From assembly GCF_000741135.1 (NCBI RefSeq), contig NZ_JGYU01000002.1, positions 286,022-310,021 of the forward strand: a stretch of DNA of 24,000 bases. Direction: 5' to 3'. The notes below the pieces were generated by a model that saw only the letters and a list, made by a program, of their open reading frames with translations, was not told where the DNA came from and made no database searches. A program made the position numbers and the translations under genes. This DNA is from Bifidobacterium choerinum. GTDB taxonomy: Bacteria > Actinomycetota > Actinomycetes > Actinomycetales > Bifidobacteriaceae. Shown in pieces: positions 8,481-17,385 of this stretch. Position 1 is the stretch's first letter; each line of letters begins with the position of its first letter.

Positions 8481-9230
8481 ATGGGCAGAGCGATCGACAT
8501 CGTCTCGCTGTATCCGAAGGACATGAACATCTACGGCGATTCCGGCAACGTGCTGACGATCGAACGCCGGCTCGCGCTCTACGGCTATGAGCCGCGTATC
8601 CACGCCGTCAACCAGCATGACCCGTGGCCCGGGCACGCCGACGTCATCCTCGGCGGCGGCGGTCAGGACACCGGCCAGAAGAAGATCATCGACGACCTCT
8701 ACGCGCGCGCCGACACGTTGCGCGCGCTCGCCGAGGACGGCGTGCCGATGCTGATGATCTGCGGCCTGTACCAGCTGTTCGGCGACTACTTCGAAACGGT
8801 CGACGGCGCGCGGCTCGATGGCATCTCGATCATCGGCGCGCACACCGTCGGCCGCGACGTGCGCATGATCGGCAACCTCGTCGAGCACAGCGACGACTTC
8901 GGCGACGTCATCGGATACGAGAACCATTCCGGACAGACCTTCCTCGACGACGGCGTGCGTCCGCTTGGCGCCGTCGACGGCGACGGCATGGGCAACAACG
9001 GCGAGGACCACACCGAAGGCGCGCGTGTGCACAACGTCATCGGCACCTACATGCACGGCTCGCTGTTGCCGAAGAACCCGGCGATCAGCGATTTCCTGAT
9101 CCGTGCCGCCGCCGAACGCCGCTACGGCGCGTTCCGCCCCGAATCCACGCCGGCGGCGCGCGACGAGCTCGCGCGCATCGACCGCATCGCGCAGCGGGCG
9201 CGCGAGGCCGCGCAGCTACGCCCACGCTGA
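8481..9230 (+). CDS. gatD: Glutamine amidotransferase subunit GatD (CobQ/CobB-type GATase) of lipid II isoglutaminyl synthase
   Basis: ATG at 8481 is preceded by GAAGGAG (8468-8474). Starts MGRAIDIVSLYPKDMNIYGDSGN. Nucleophile context MICGLYQLFG and His context TYMHGSLLPKNP. Confidence 0.85.
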   Translation: MGRAIDIVSLYPKDMNIYGDSGNVLTIERRLALYGYEPRIHAVNQHDPWPGHADVILGGGGQDTGQKKIIDDLYARADTLRALAEDGVPMLMICGLYQLFGDYFETVDGARLDGISIIGAHTVGRDVRMIGNLVEHSDDFGDVIGYENHSGQTFLDDGVRPLGAVDGDGMGNNGEDHTEGARVHNVIGTYMHGSLLPKNPAISDFLIRAAAERRYGAFRPESTPAARDELARIDRIAQRAREAAQLRPR

Positions 9231-9301
9231 ACGTCCGGCGCGGCGGAACGTGTAGAGTTGGCACTAACCGATACCAACACAGGTATGAGCAGGGAGGCAT
9301 C

Positions 9302-9667
9302 ATGACCGATTCGAACAACAACATCCCGGACTTCGGCGAAGGCCTGCGCAAGATCTTCCTCGCGGGCGTCGGCGCGATCGCCACGACCGCCGAAAAGGGC
9401 CAGGAGCTCGTCAACCGCCTCGTCGAGCGCGGCGAACTGACCGTCGAGCAGGGCAAGCAGCTCAACAGCGAGCTCGCGCACAAGGCCGGCGACAAGAAGG
9501 ACTCGCTCAAGGAGCGTGCCGCGCAGGCCTCGCAGACGGTGCAGGACGCCGCCGCCGGACTGCGCAACCAGGCCGCTCAGGCCATCGACGACCTCAACGC
9601 GAAGGCCGACGCCTCCGAGGCGGATGACGCCGCCGACGAGAAGGCCGACGCCGACTCGGATAAGTGA
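9302..9667 (+). CDS. Small phasin-like (COG3937-type) protein with an acidic C-terminal tail
   Basis: ATG at 9302 is preceded by GGGAGG. The 121-aa translation has LRKIFLAGVGAIATTAEKGQELVNRLVERGELTVEQGKQL, which resembles the phasin-family helix. The C-terminus is rich in D, E and A. Confidence 0.6.
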   Translation: MTDSNNNIPDFGEGLRKIFLAGVGAIATTAEKGQELVNRLVERGELTVEQGKQLNSELAHKAGDKKDSLKERAAQASQTVQDAAAGLRNQAAQAIDDLNAKADASEADDAADEKADADSDK

Positions 9668-9716
9668 GTCCCCGGACCATCAACCCCAGGCGCGCCTTGG
9701 CGCGCCATGATGCAAC

Positions 9717-9749
9717 GCGTCGCCTGAGGCCACGGACCGCAGGCGACGC
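9717..9749 (+). terminator. GC-rich stem-loop after the phasin-like gene
   Basis: Perfect 10-bp stem: GCGTCGCCTG (9717-9726) and CAGGCGACGC (9740-9749), 13-nt loop, followed by TTCGG. A GGCGCGCC-TT-GGCGCGCC dyad lies just upstream (9689-9706). Confidence 0.5.
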
Positions 9750-9755
9750 TTCGGT

Positions 9756-11777
9756 ATGCCTATGAACCAGCATTCAGACCAGACCGGCCCCGCGCCCATA
9801 TCCGACGGCGGCGTGACGCCGGACGAACTGCGCCGCTTCGCGAAGCAGGAGCGCCGCGACCTGCGCGACGAGGCCCATGAGGCGCGCCACGAGGAGCACG
9901 AGCAGGCGCGCGCCGCACGCGAACGACGCCACGAGGCGCGCGTCGACACGTCGAAGATCGTCGACCTCGACGCGAAGCTGCAGGACCAGGAGGCGCACGA
10001 CGACGGCCCTGCCGCGAAGCATCCGCGGCAGGAACGGCTCCTCGACGCCGAGGAGACGCAGGAGGCCGCGCACATCATCGAACTGCGCGACGGGCTGCCG
10101 ACGGCGTCGAAGGACCCCGAGACGATCGGGCTGTTCGGCGCGCACCGCCGCTCCTTCGCCGACCAGTACCATCTGACGCGCCGCAGCAAGCTCAAGCGGC
10201 TGCACCAGATCGGCAAGATCGCGATGCAGTTCGACGCGCTCAAGGGACTGACGCCGGTCAAGATGCGGCTGATGTTCGAGGCGCTCGGCCCGACCTTCGT
10301 CAAAGTCGGCCAGATCCTGTCGATGCGCTCCGAGATCCTGCCGCAGTCGTTCTGCGACGAACTGTCGAAGCTGCGCGCCGACGCCGACCCGATGCCGTAT
10401 TCGATCGTGCTCGAAACGCTTGAATCCGAATACCACCGCCCGCTGAACGAGGTGTTCCGTACGATCGACCCGACGCCGCTCGGCTCGGCGTCGCTCGCGC
10501 AGGTGCACCGCGCCACGTTGCTCACCGGCGAGGATGTCGCCGTCAAGGTGCAGCGTCCCGGCGTGCGCGTGACGATGGCCGAGGATGTCTCGATCATGCG
10601 TTCGCTCGCGCGCGGCGCGACGAAGATCATGCACAACGCGCAGGTCGTCGACTTCCGGGGCGTCGTCGAGGAACTGTGGGACACCTTCGACGAGGAGACG
10701 AACTTCCTCAACGAGGCGCGCAACCTGAGCGCCTTCAAACGCTTCTGCGACGACTTCGCGTACATGGACTGCCCGACGCCGTACGTCGACCTGTGCACCG
10801 AGCACGTGCTCGTCATGGAATACATCGAGGGCATCCCGATTGCGCACACGCGCGAACTGATCGCCGACGGCTACTCGCTCAAGGAGATCGGCACGAAGCT
10901 CGTCGACAACTACGCGTGCCAGATCCTCGACGCCGGCTTCTTCCACGCCGACCCGCATCCGGGCAACATCGAGATCCGCGACGGCAAGATCGTGCTGCTC
11001 GACCTCGGTATGACCGGACGGCTCAACGCGTCGACGCGCGCCGCGCTCAAGCAGATGCTCTTCGCCGTCGCCAAACAGGATTCGGCGCAGCTCGCCGACG
11101 CGCTGCTGCGCTTCGCCGGCACCGAGGCCGGCCATGCCGACTATCCGTCGCTGCTCGCCGACCTTGACGGCATCATCGAGGAATTCGGCACCGTCAACCT
11201 GCAGGACCTCGACCTCGCGCAGTTCCTCACGTCGCTCACGCAGATGGCGCGCCGCCACGGCATCGAGATCCACAGCTCGATTACGACGGTCGGCCGCGCG
11301 CTTGTGACGCTCGAAGGGCTGCTCGACAAGTTCATCCCCGACGTCAACATGATCGAGATCATCTCCGAGCACATCGAGCATTCGAAGACGAAGACGCAGG
11401 CGCTCAAGGACGAGGCGGGCAAGCTCGCGCTCGAAGGCCACGCGGCGCTGCACGGCGCACTCAAATCGATGAGCGAAGCGAACGTCGCGCTCCACATGCT
11501 CACGCGCGGCGAACTGCGGACGAACTTCGAGCTCGTCGGCTCCGAGGAGCCGCTGCAGCAGCTGTCGGACATGGTCAACAGGCTCACGATGGCGCTCATC
11601 GTCGTCGGCCTGTTCATCGGATCGTCGATCGTCTACTACGCCGGCATGAAGCCGATCATCTTCGGCATCCCGCTCGTCGGCTTCCTCGGATACGTCGTCG
11701 CATTCGTATTGTCGTGTTGGATCGTCATCGACATCTATCTCAAGGGACACGAACGGCGGCACAGGAAACACAAGTAG
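9756..11777 (+). CDS. ABC1/UbiB-family atypical protein kinase with charged N-terminal extension and C-terminal transmembrane helices
   Basis: LGPTFVKVGQILSMRSEILP, AVKVQRPG and FHADPHPGNI motifs. Two hydrophobic helices near the C-terminus. No clear SD, so the start is uncertain (ATG 9756 or 9762). Confidence 0.85.
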   Translation: MPMNQHSDQTGPAPISDGGVTPDELRRFAKQERRDLRDEAHEARHEEHEQARAARERRHEARVDTSKIVDLDAKLQDQEAHDDGPAAKHPRQERLLDAEETQEAAHIIELRDGLPTASKDPETIGLFGAHRRSFADQYHLTRRSKLKRLHQIGKIAMQFDALKGLTPVKMRLMFEALGPTFVKVGQILSMRSEILPQSFCDELSKLRADADPMPYSIVLETLESEYHRPLNEVFRTIDPTPLGSASLAQVHRATLLTGEDVAVKVQRPGVRVTMAEDVSIMRSLARGATKIMHNAQVVDFRGVVEELWDTFDEETNFLNEARNLSAFKRFCDDFAYMDCPTPYVDLCTEHVLVMEYIEGIPIAHTRELIADGYSLKEIGTKLVDNYACQILDAGFFHADPHPGNIEIRDGKIVLLDLGMTGRLNASTRAALKQMLFAVAKQDSAQLADALLRFAGTEAGHADYPSLLADLDGIIEEFGTVNLQDLDLAQFLTSLTQMARRHGIEIHSSITTVGRALVTLEGLLDKFIPDVNMIEIISEHIEHSKTKTQALKDEAGKLALEGHAALHGALKSMSEANVALHMLTRGELRTNFELVGSEEPLQQLSDMVNRLTMALIVVGLFIGSSIVYYAGMKPIIFGIPLVGFLGYVVAFVLSCWIVIDIYLKGHERRHRKHK

Positions 11778-11869
11778 GACGATGCGCGCGGCGGCCGTTC
11801 GCTGACAGCGCGCATGGCGCCGCCGCGGCGTGCACTAGGCTCGGAACAAGGAACGAACAAGGAGCAATC

Positions 11870-12937
11870 ATGGCAAAGACGTTGAGGAACATCGTCATCG
11901 GCGCGGCGCTCACCGCTGGCGCCGCAGTGTGGACGACGGCGCCGCGCAGCTTCGGCAACCGCAGGAAGAACTATGTGTCGTCGCTGCCGGAGGTCATGTA
12001 CGCGCACCGCGGTCTGCACGACGCCGGTTCGGGGCTGAGTCAGCAGTACGCGGGGGAGAGCGGCGAATACGTGGCGCTCGCGCGGCGCATGGCGATGCAG
12101 GCCGGCTACGGCACGCCGAACGAGGTCGGCCCGATCGCGCCGGAGAACTCGCTCGCGGCCTTCGCGGCGGCCGCCGAGGCCGGCTACGGCATCGAACTCG
12201 ACGTGCAGCTCACGCTCGACAACAAAGTCGTCGTCGCGCACGACCCCGATCTGCTGCGCGTCGCCGGCGACCCGCGCCGCATAGCCGACCTCACCTACGA
12301 CGAGCTGATGAGGATCGCGCTGTTCCCGACGGCCGCGCCGCGCGCCGAGACGTCGCCGCTGCTGCCGGGTGCGACCGCCGAGGATCCGGCGATCGTCAGG
12401 ACGCCGGACGAGGCGCCGAAGGGCTACTACCAGCATGTGCCGCTGCTCGCCGACGTGCTGCGCGTCGTCGACGGACGCGTGCCGATCATCGTCGAATTCA
12501 AATTCGAGAACGTGCGCGACTGGGGCAGCCGCGACGACACGCTGATGCAGAAGGCCGCCGATCTGCTCGACGCATACAAGGGCGTCTATGCGGTGGAGTC
12601 GTTCAACCCGGCGGCGATGCACTGGTACAAGGAGAACCATCCGAACACGTCACGCGGACAGCTCGCCGAGGATGCGCCGTTCGGCGGCGCCGACCCGGTC
12701 GTGTGGGCGGCCGGCAAGCTCGCGTTCAACTGGATGAGCCGTCCCGACTTCATCGCCTACGACCACCGCAACGGCAACAGCAAGGCGCTCGCGTTCGCGC
12801 GGCGCATGGGCGCGCAGGCGGTCGCATGGACGGTGCGCAGTGAGCAGGAGCTCAACGCATGCCTGCCGTACTTCGACCGCTTCATCTTCGAAGCCTTCGT
12901 GCCGGGCGAGACCCCGGCGAGCGCGCTGCGGCTGTAA
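11870..12937 (+). CDS. Glycerophosphodiester phosphodiesterase family protein with N-terminal membrane anchor
   Basis: ATG at 11870 is preceded by AAGGAG. GDPD motifs HRGLHD, PENSLAAFAAAAEAGYGIELDVQLTLDNKVVVAHD. The N-terminus IVIGAALTAGAAVW is hydrophobic. Confidence 0.8.
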   Translation: MAKTLRNIVIGAALTAGAAVWTTAPRSFGNRRKNYVSSLPEVMYAHRGLHDAGSGLSQQYAGESGEYVALARRMAMQAGYGTPNEVGPIAPENSLAAFAAAAEAGYGIELDVQLTLDNKVVVAHDPDLLRVAGDPRRIADLTYDELMRIALFPTAAPRAETSPLLPGATAEDPAIVRTPDEAPKGYYQHVPLLADVLRVVDGRVPIIVEFKFENVRDWGSRDDTLMQKAADLLDAYKGVYAVESFNPAAMHWYKENHPNTSRGQLAEDAPFGGADPVVWAAGKLAFNWMSRPDFIAYDHRNGNSKALAFARRMGAQAVAWTVRSEQELNACLPYFDRFIFEAFVPGETPASALRL

Positions 12938-12957
12938 GCCGCGTCGCGGTGGTTGGG

Positions 12958-12989
12958 GGTGTGTGCGCGGCGCACGCCGCGCACACACC
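12958..12989 (+). terminator. Stem-loop terminator after the GDPD gene
   Basis: Perfect 14-bp stem: GGTGTGTGCGCGGC (12958-12971) and GCCGCGCACACACC (12976-12989), 4-nt loop. Followed by the AT-rich ATTGATGATTTAT. Confidence 0.7.
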
Positions 12990-13076
12990 ATTGATGATTT
13001 ATCAGATTGCGCCGTAAAACCCCTGCCTTCAGGCATGGGGATATAAGGCGCACAGGATGAGCTTTAGAAATGATTG

Positions 13077-13085
13077 TGGTATAAT
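13077..13085 (+). promoter_or_regulatory. Extended -10 element (TGGTATAAT) for tnpB, leaderless spacing
   Basis: TG-n-TATAAT at 13077-13085, 7 nt before the ATG at 13093. No SD. Confidence 0.45.
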
Positions 13086-13092
13086 TCTAAAT

Positions 13093-14374
13093 ATGAGCAT
13101 CAGCGAGCAGGAGCGGGCGTACAGGTTCCGCTTCTATCCGACACCGGAGTAGGAGGGGCTGCTCCAGCGCACCATCGGCTGCTCGCGGCTCGTGCGCAAC
13201 AAGGCGCTCGACTATCGCATATCGCACGAAAGCGTGGACGCAAGAGCATCGGCGGGTCTCCTATCTCGACACGAGCAAGCTGCTCACCGGTTGGAAGAAA
13301 GACCCGGAGCTGGCGTTCCTCAAAGAAGTGTCCTCGGTCGCCCTTCAGCAGTCGTTGCGCCACCTCGAGGCAGGGTTCGTCAACTTCTACAACAAGAGGG
13401 CCGGGTACCCCAAGTTCCATTCCAAGAAGAACGGCGGAAGCGCATCGTTCATGGGCACCGCCTTCCGGTGGGACGGGAAGAGCCTGAGACTGGCGAAGAT
13501 GAGCGAGCCGCTCCATGTCGTGTGGAGCCGCACCCTGCCACGCAAGGCCCGCCCCAGCTCGGTGACCGTGACCCTCGACCCTGCGGGCCGATGGTTCGTG
13601 TCCATCCTCATGCGAGAAACCATCCCATGCCTGCCCGCATGCGACAAGACGGTGGGGATAGACCTCGGCGTCAAGGACTTCGCCATCCTCTCGGATGGCA
13701 CCAAGATTCCAAACCAGCATTTCGCCGAAAGGAACCAGAAGCGCCTCAAACGGGCGCAGAAGGCCCTTTCCCGCAAACAGCCGGGCAGCCGGAACCGTCG
13801 CAAGGCGGCACTCCGTGTGGCCCGCATCAACGCGCAGACAAGAGACCGGCGGCGCGACTTCCTCCACAAGCTCTCGACCAGAATCATCCGCGAAAACCAA
13901 ACGATCGTTCTGGAAGACCTGAGCGTGCGGGGAATCTCCCGTCGCGTCAGGGCCGTGGAAGCCCCTGACACCGGCCGCTATCTGTGCAACGGGCAGGCCC
14001 GCAAGCGCGGCCTCAATCGGTCGATTCTCGACCAAGGTTGGCGCGAACTGCGAGGCATGCTCGAGTACAAGGCCCGATGGTATGGGCGGGATGTGGTCGT
14101 CATCGACCGGTTCTACCCGTCCACGCAGCTTTGCTCTGCTTGCGGAGCGAAGACCGGGCCGAGGACGCTCGACGTCAGACGGTGGACGTGCCCCGAGTGC
14201 GGGATGCGCCATGACCGTGACGTGAACGCCGCACGCAATATTCTCGCCGCCGGGCTGGCGGTCAGAGCCTGTGGAGACAGCAGGACGCGGAAGACAGCCG
14301 AGCAGCTGGCTTCCGTGAGGCTGTCAGGGAAGCAGGAAACCCGTCCCGTGAGGAACGGAATCCTCCGGCTTTAG
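13093..14374 (+). pseudogene. tnpB: TnpB (IS605 OrfB-type RNA-guided nuclease), inactivated by one nonsense codon and one 7-bp duplication
   Basis: N-terminus is MSISEQERAYRFRFYPTPE, then an in-frame TAG at 13150-13152 where family members have Gln. The tandem TATCGCA duplication (13213-13219, 13220-13226) shifts the frame into ORF 13328..14374. That ORF keeps GIDLGV, VLEDL, CSACG..CPECG and HDRDVNAARNI. Confidence 0.85.
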
Positions 14375-14592
14375 CCGAGGGGAGGAATGAAGTATCATGC
14401 CCGGAATATATCTATGCGAAAACCATGATAATACAGCGGTGATTGAGGTTGATCAGCCTCATGTGGTCAGAAGGATTGTGGTGCAAGGCGTGCCGGTGCC
14501 GACTTTGGGTGGGGTGGCGGTAGATGGGCTGCCGCAGCAGTACATCACGGCCGAATCACGGTGCGGCGCCTGATGCGTATGTCTGATGTGCC

Positions 14593-14630
14593 GCGGTTCA
14601 TGGTCGGAATCGGCCATGAACCGCCGTTTT
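14593..14630 (+). terminator. Intrinsic-terminator-like hairpin in a non-coding stretch
   Basis: Perfect 11-bp stem: GCGGTTCATGG (14593-14603) and CCATGAACCGC (14614-14624), followed by CGTTTTC. Confidence 0.45.
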
Positions 14631-14722
14631 CGGCTTGGATGAGGCCGGAGATCGGCGATCGGCTTGCGTCTGCGGAGGACTCGGCGACGCGCCGGAGGCG
14701 AAACCGGCGAAACCATGTACAA

Positions 14723-14766
14723 TGGAACCCGCGTCGGGCCGTGCATAGCCCCGGGCTCCATTTTTT
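14723..14766 (+). terminator. Intrinsic-terminator-like hairpin with T6 tract
   Basis: TGGAACCCG (14723-14731) pairs with CGGGCTCCA (14752-14760) with one mismatch. Nested GGGC/GCCC inside. Followed by TTTTTT at 14761-14766, a conspicuous run in this GC-rich DNA. Confidence 0.5.
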
Positions 14767-15139
14767 GCCGCTGCGAGCGGCCTTTGCGCCGACATGGCGC
14801 TTTCGCGGTCCGGCGCATTCTCTTTTCACCTGTTTTCCTGACGCCAGGCTCATTGCCCTGTCCGGTCGCATTGCGCCGCGGCGGCGTGACGGAGCTTCCG
14901 GATGGTTCCCGACGGTGTTCCATGCCGTTCGAACGTGCCTCGCCGACGCCATCTGCGTTGAGGGGGAGCATCTTATGCGAAACGGCTAGGTATGAGGTTC
15001 GACGAGACGCGCAACGGCGCGGCTTTCGGCAGGACATACTTGGCGTATCCGTGAAAGAGGCCCTCCCTCAACGCGGATACGGTGTTCGGTCCCGGAAATC
15101 AGCGCGCTGAGAGGCGCCGAGCCGGAGGGACGCGCTCGG

Positions 15140-16078
15140 TCAGTGCGCCGGCTGCAGCTCCTGGGCGATCGGCGCCAGATGCAGGTCGATATACTGCGTG
15201 TACGGATGCGTGTTCACCTGATCGATGTGGGCACGGTACCAGTCGTAGGACTCGCGCAGCCCCTCGTCCAACGGCGTGACGTCGGGCATGAGCTCCTGCT
15301 GGGCGTGCACGTCGAGGCTGTATTCGTAATCGTGGAACGGGAAGAAATTGCGCTGCTCCACATCGTCGACGCTCGCATAGGTCGGCGTCTTGCCGACGGC
15401 GGCGTAGCACAGGCCGACCCATTCGCGCACGCTGACGCTGTCCGGGTTGCCGACGTTGAACACATGCTGCGCGGGCTGCTCGTCGATGATTCGCTCGAGG
15501 AAACGGCACAGGTCGCGGACATGGAAGAACTGCAGACGCATATCGCCGTCGTGCGGCAGATAGAAGCGGCGGTCCTCGCGCGCGCAGTCGAAGACGAAGG
15601 CCTCGCGGTACAGGTTGTTCATCGGCCCGTACAGATACGGCGGACGGATGATGTAGGCGCCGTCCACACACTGCAGCAGCGCGCGTTCGGCCTCGATCTT
15701 GCCGGTGCCATAGTCGCCCCAGAACGTGTTGCGGCCGAGCCGCACGCCTTCGGCGAAGGGCTGCAGATTCGTCTCGGGATAGACGGCGCTCGAACTGATC
15801 ATGATCGTCGATCCGACGTGCGCATGTTCGAGCGCATGCGCGAGGTCGAGCACGTCGCGCGCGTCGTAGGCGGTCACATCGATGACGGCGTCGAAACGCT
15901 CGCCGTCGAACTGATGGTCCAGCTCGTGCCGGTCGGCGACGACCGTGCGCACGCCGGCGATCGGCGGGAGCGAACCCCGGTTGAGCACGGTGACGTCGTC
16001 CCCCATCTCCACGAAATATCTGGCGATGAAACGGCTCACGAAAATCGTCCCACCCGTGACGAGGATGCTGCGTGCCAT
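15140..16078 (-). CDS. NAD-dependent epimerase/dehydratase family protein
   Basis: ATG at 16078 (minus strand) is preceded by a GGAGGGAGG-type SD. N-terminal Rossmann motif [13 protein letters not shown]. 312 aa, in frame with ORF 15140..16255. Confidence 0.8.
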   Translation of the reverse strand: MARSILVTGGTIFVSRFIARYFVEMGDDVTVLNRGSLPPIAGVRTVVADRHELDHQFDGERFDAVIDVTAYDARDVLDLAHALEHAHVGSTIMISSSAVYPETNLQPFAEGVRLGRNTFWGDYGTGKIEAERALLQCVDGAYIIRPPYLYGPMNNLYREAFVFDCAREDRRFYLPHDGDMRLQFFHVRDLCRFLERIIDEQPAQHVFNVGNPDSVSVREWVGLCYAAVGKTPTYASVDDVEQRNFFPFHDYEYSLDVHAQQELMPDVTPLDEGLRESYDWYRAHIDQVNTHPYTQYIDLHLAPIAQELQPAH

Positions 16079-16328
16079 ACCTCGGCCCCTCCCTCCATGC
16101 TGTAGTTGTTCCGTGAGCGCCGCGTCACACCCACACGCGGGACACACGTTGCTACAGTATAGCGGCCGCGGGAAGGCAGAATGGCGGCGTATCCGCCTGC
16201 TGAGACGGGTGGCTGCGGCGTCGGTGCGGCGGCCGCATGGATACTCTGTGAGCATAATACGGGGGAGACGTACGGATGGGCGGCGTGGTGCGGCCGCGCG
16301 AAGGCGGTCGGGGACTATGCTGGGAGGT

Positions 16329-16970
16329 ATGGAATTGCATGTACTGAATCATCCGCTCGTCGAGCACAAACTCACTGTGCTGCGCGACAAGAACACCCCC
16401 TCCTCCACGTTCCGTGAACTCGTCTCTGAACTCGTCTCGCTCGAGGCGTACGAGGCGACGCGCAACCTCGCCGTCGTGGACAAGCCGATCGAGACGCCGG
16501 TCGCGCCGATGGTCGGCAAGGCGCTCGCCAAGCCACGCCCGATCATCGTGCCGGTGCTGCGTGCGGGACTCGGCATGCTCGACGGCATGACGCGCATGCT
16601 GCCGAGCGCCGAAGTCGGCTTCCTCGGCATGAAGCGCGACGAAGAGCATCCGACGCAGCAGATCACCTACGCGAACCGTCTGCCCGACGACCTGTCGGGG
16701 CGTCAGTGCTTCCTCATCGACCCGATGCTCGCGACCGGCGGCACGCTTGTCGCCGCGACGCATTATCTCGCCGAGAAGGGCGCGAAGGACGTGACGGCGA
16801 TCTGCATCATCGCGGCGCCGGAAGGCATCAAGTTCGTCGAGGACAACATCGATCCGAGCATCGACTTCCGCGTCGTCGTCTGCGGCGTCGATGAAGGTCT
16901 CAACGACCGTAGCTACATCGTGCCGGGCCTCGGTGACGCCGGCGACCGCCTCTATGGCGTCGTCGACTGA
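16329..16970 (+). CDS. upp: Uracil phosphoribosyltransferase
   Basis: ATG at 16329 is preceded by GGGAGG. Contains [26 protein letters not shown], the PRPP-binding loop [11 protein letters not shown] and C-terminal [15 protein letters not shown]. Confidence 0.95.
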   Translation: MELHVLNHPLVEHKLTVLRDKNTPSSTFRELVSELVSLEAYEATRNLAVVDKPIETPVAPMVGKALAKPRPIIVPVLRAGLGMLDGMTRMLPSAEVGFLGMKRDEEHPTQQITYANRLPDDLSGRQCFLIDPMLATGGTLVAATHYLAEKGAKDVTAICIIAAPEGIKFVEDNIDPSIDFRVVVCGVDEGLNDRSYIVPGLGDAGDRLYGVVD

Positions 16971-16974
16971 TCGG

Positions 16975-16998
16975 CCGGCCGGATTCGAATCCGGCCGG
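16975..16998. terminator. Perfect 24-bp palindrome after upp
   Basis: CCGGCCGGATTC|GAATCCGGCCGG at 16975-16998, 5 nt after the upp stop. Confidence 0.6.
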
Positions 16999-17109
16999 TG
17001 AGCGCACCGGACACGGCGGACGGCTGAGTGCGGTGCGCCGGAATGCGTGCAGGCGGGCGTTCCCTATGCGGGAGCGCCCGCCTGCTTGTCTATGCGAGGC
17101 GACCGCGGC

Positions 17110-17385
17110 TGCCTGCGGGTGGGTTTGTCGGCGGGCTCGACGGATCGGGACGGAAATCGGCCTTTGCTGGGTGGGTTCGTCGGGTTGGTCGATGGGTCGG
17201 GACGGAGCGTCCGTTTTTATCGGGATGCTCGACGGATCGGGACGGAAATCGGCCTTTTGCGGGTGGGTTCGTCGGGTTGGTCGATGGGTCGGGACGGAGC
17301 GTCCGTTTTTATCGGGATGCTCGACGGATCGGGACGGAAATCGGCCCTTTCGCAGGTGGGTTCGTCGGGCTGGTCGACGAACCAC
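17110..17385. repeat. 92-bp tandem repeat: two full near-identical units plus partial units on each side
   Basis: Units start at 17135, 17227 and 17319. Units 1 and 2 differ only within a 3-nt patch. The 18-mer CGAYGGRTCGGGACGGAR recurs at 17138, 17190, 17230, 17282 and 17322. Confidence 0.9.

Larger units (their letters stand above)
13000..14395 (+). mobile_element. IS200/IS605-family element, tnpB-only (IS1341-like); ends approximate
   Basis: Contains a TnpB (OrfB) gene and no TnpA. Similar imperfect subterminal hairpins sit on the same strand at 13020-13040 and 14362-14382. Local AT-rich flanks. Exact ends cannot be fixed from one copy. Confidence 0.6.

Noticed and set aside
13150-13152. 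In-frame TAG in tnpB as programmed recoding (pyrrolysine or read-through).
   Set aside because: No supporting context is present, the lineage uses the standard code, and the same gene carries a frameshifting 7-bp duplication 60 nt downstream. Pseudogenisation is the simpler explanation.
13192-13968. 258-aa ORF in an alternative frame inside tnpB.
   Set aside because: It is the continuation of the pre-frameshift frame, kept open by GC richness. Its translation (Arg/Pro/Gly-rich) lacks TnpB motifs, which all lie in the 13328..14374 frame.
14459-15110. ORFs 14459..15037 (-), 14545..14952 (-), 14561..14989 (+) and 14664..15110 (+) as genes.
   Set aside because: They mutually overlap, are Arg-rich and low-complexity, have no SD, and lack the third-position G/C bias seen in the real genes. 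The region is treated as non-coding or unexplained.
16162-16297. Three GCGGCCGC octamers (16162, 16229, 16290) spaced about 61-67 bp apart in the epimerase-upp divergent region.
   Set aside because: A GC-only palindromic octamer is not surprising in DNA this GC-rich. The spacing is irregular and the flanks are not similar.
17110-17385. The 92-bp tandem repeats as a CRISPR array.
   Set aside because: The units are contiguous with no unique spacers. The repeat length is far above CRISPR repeats, and there are no cas genes in the window.
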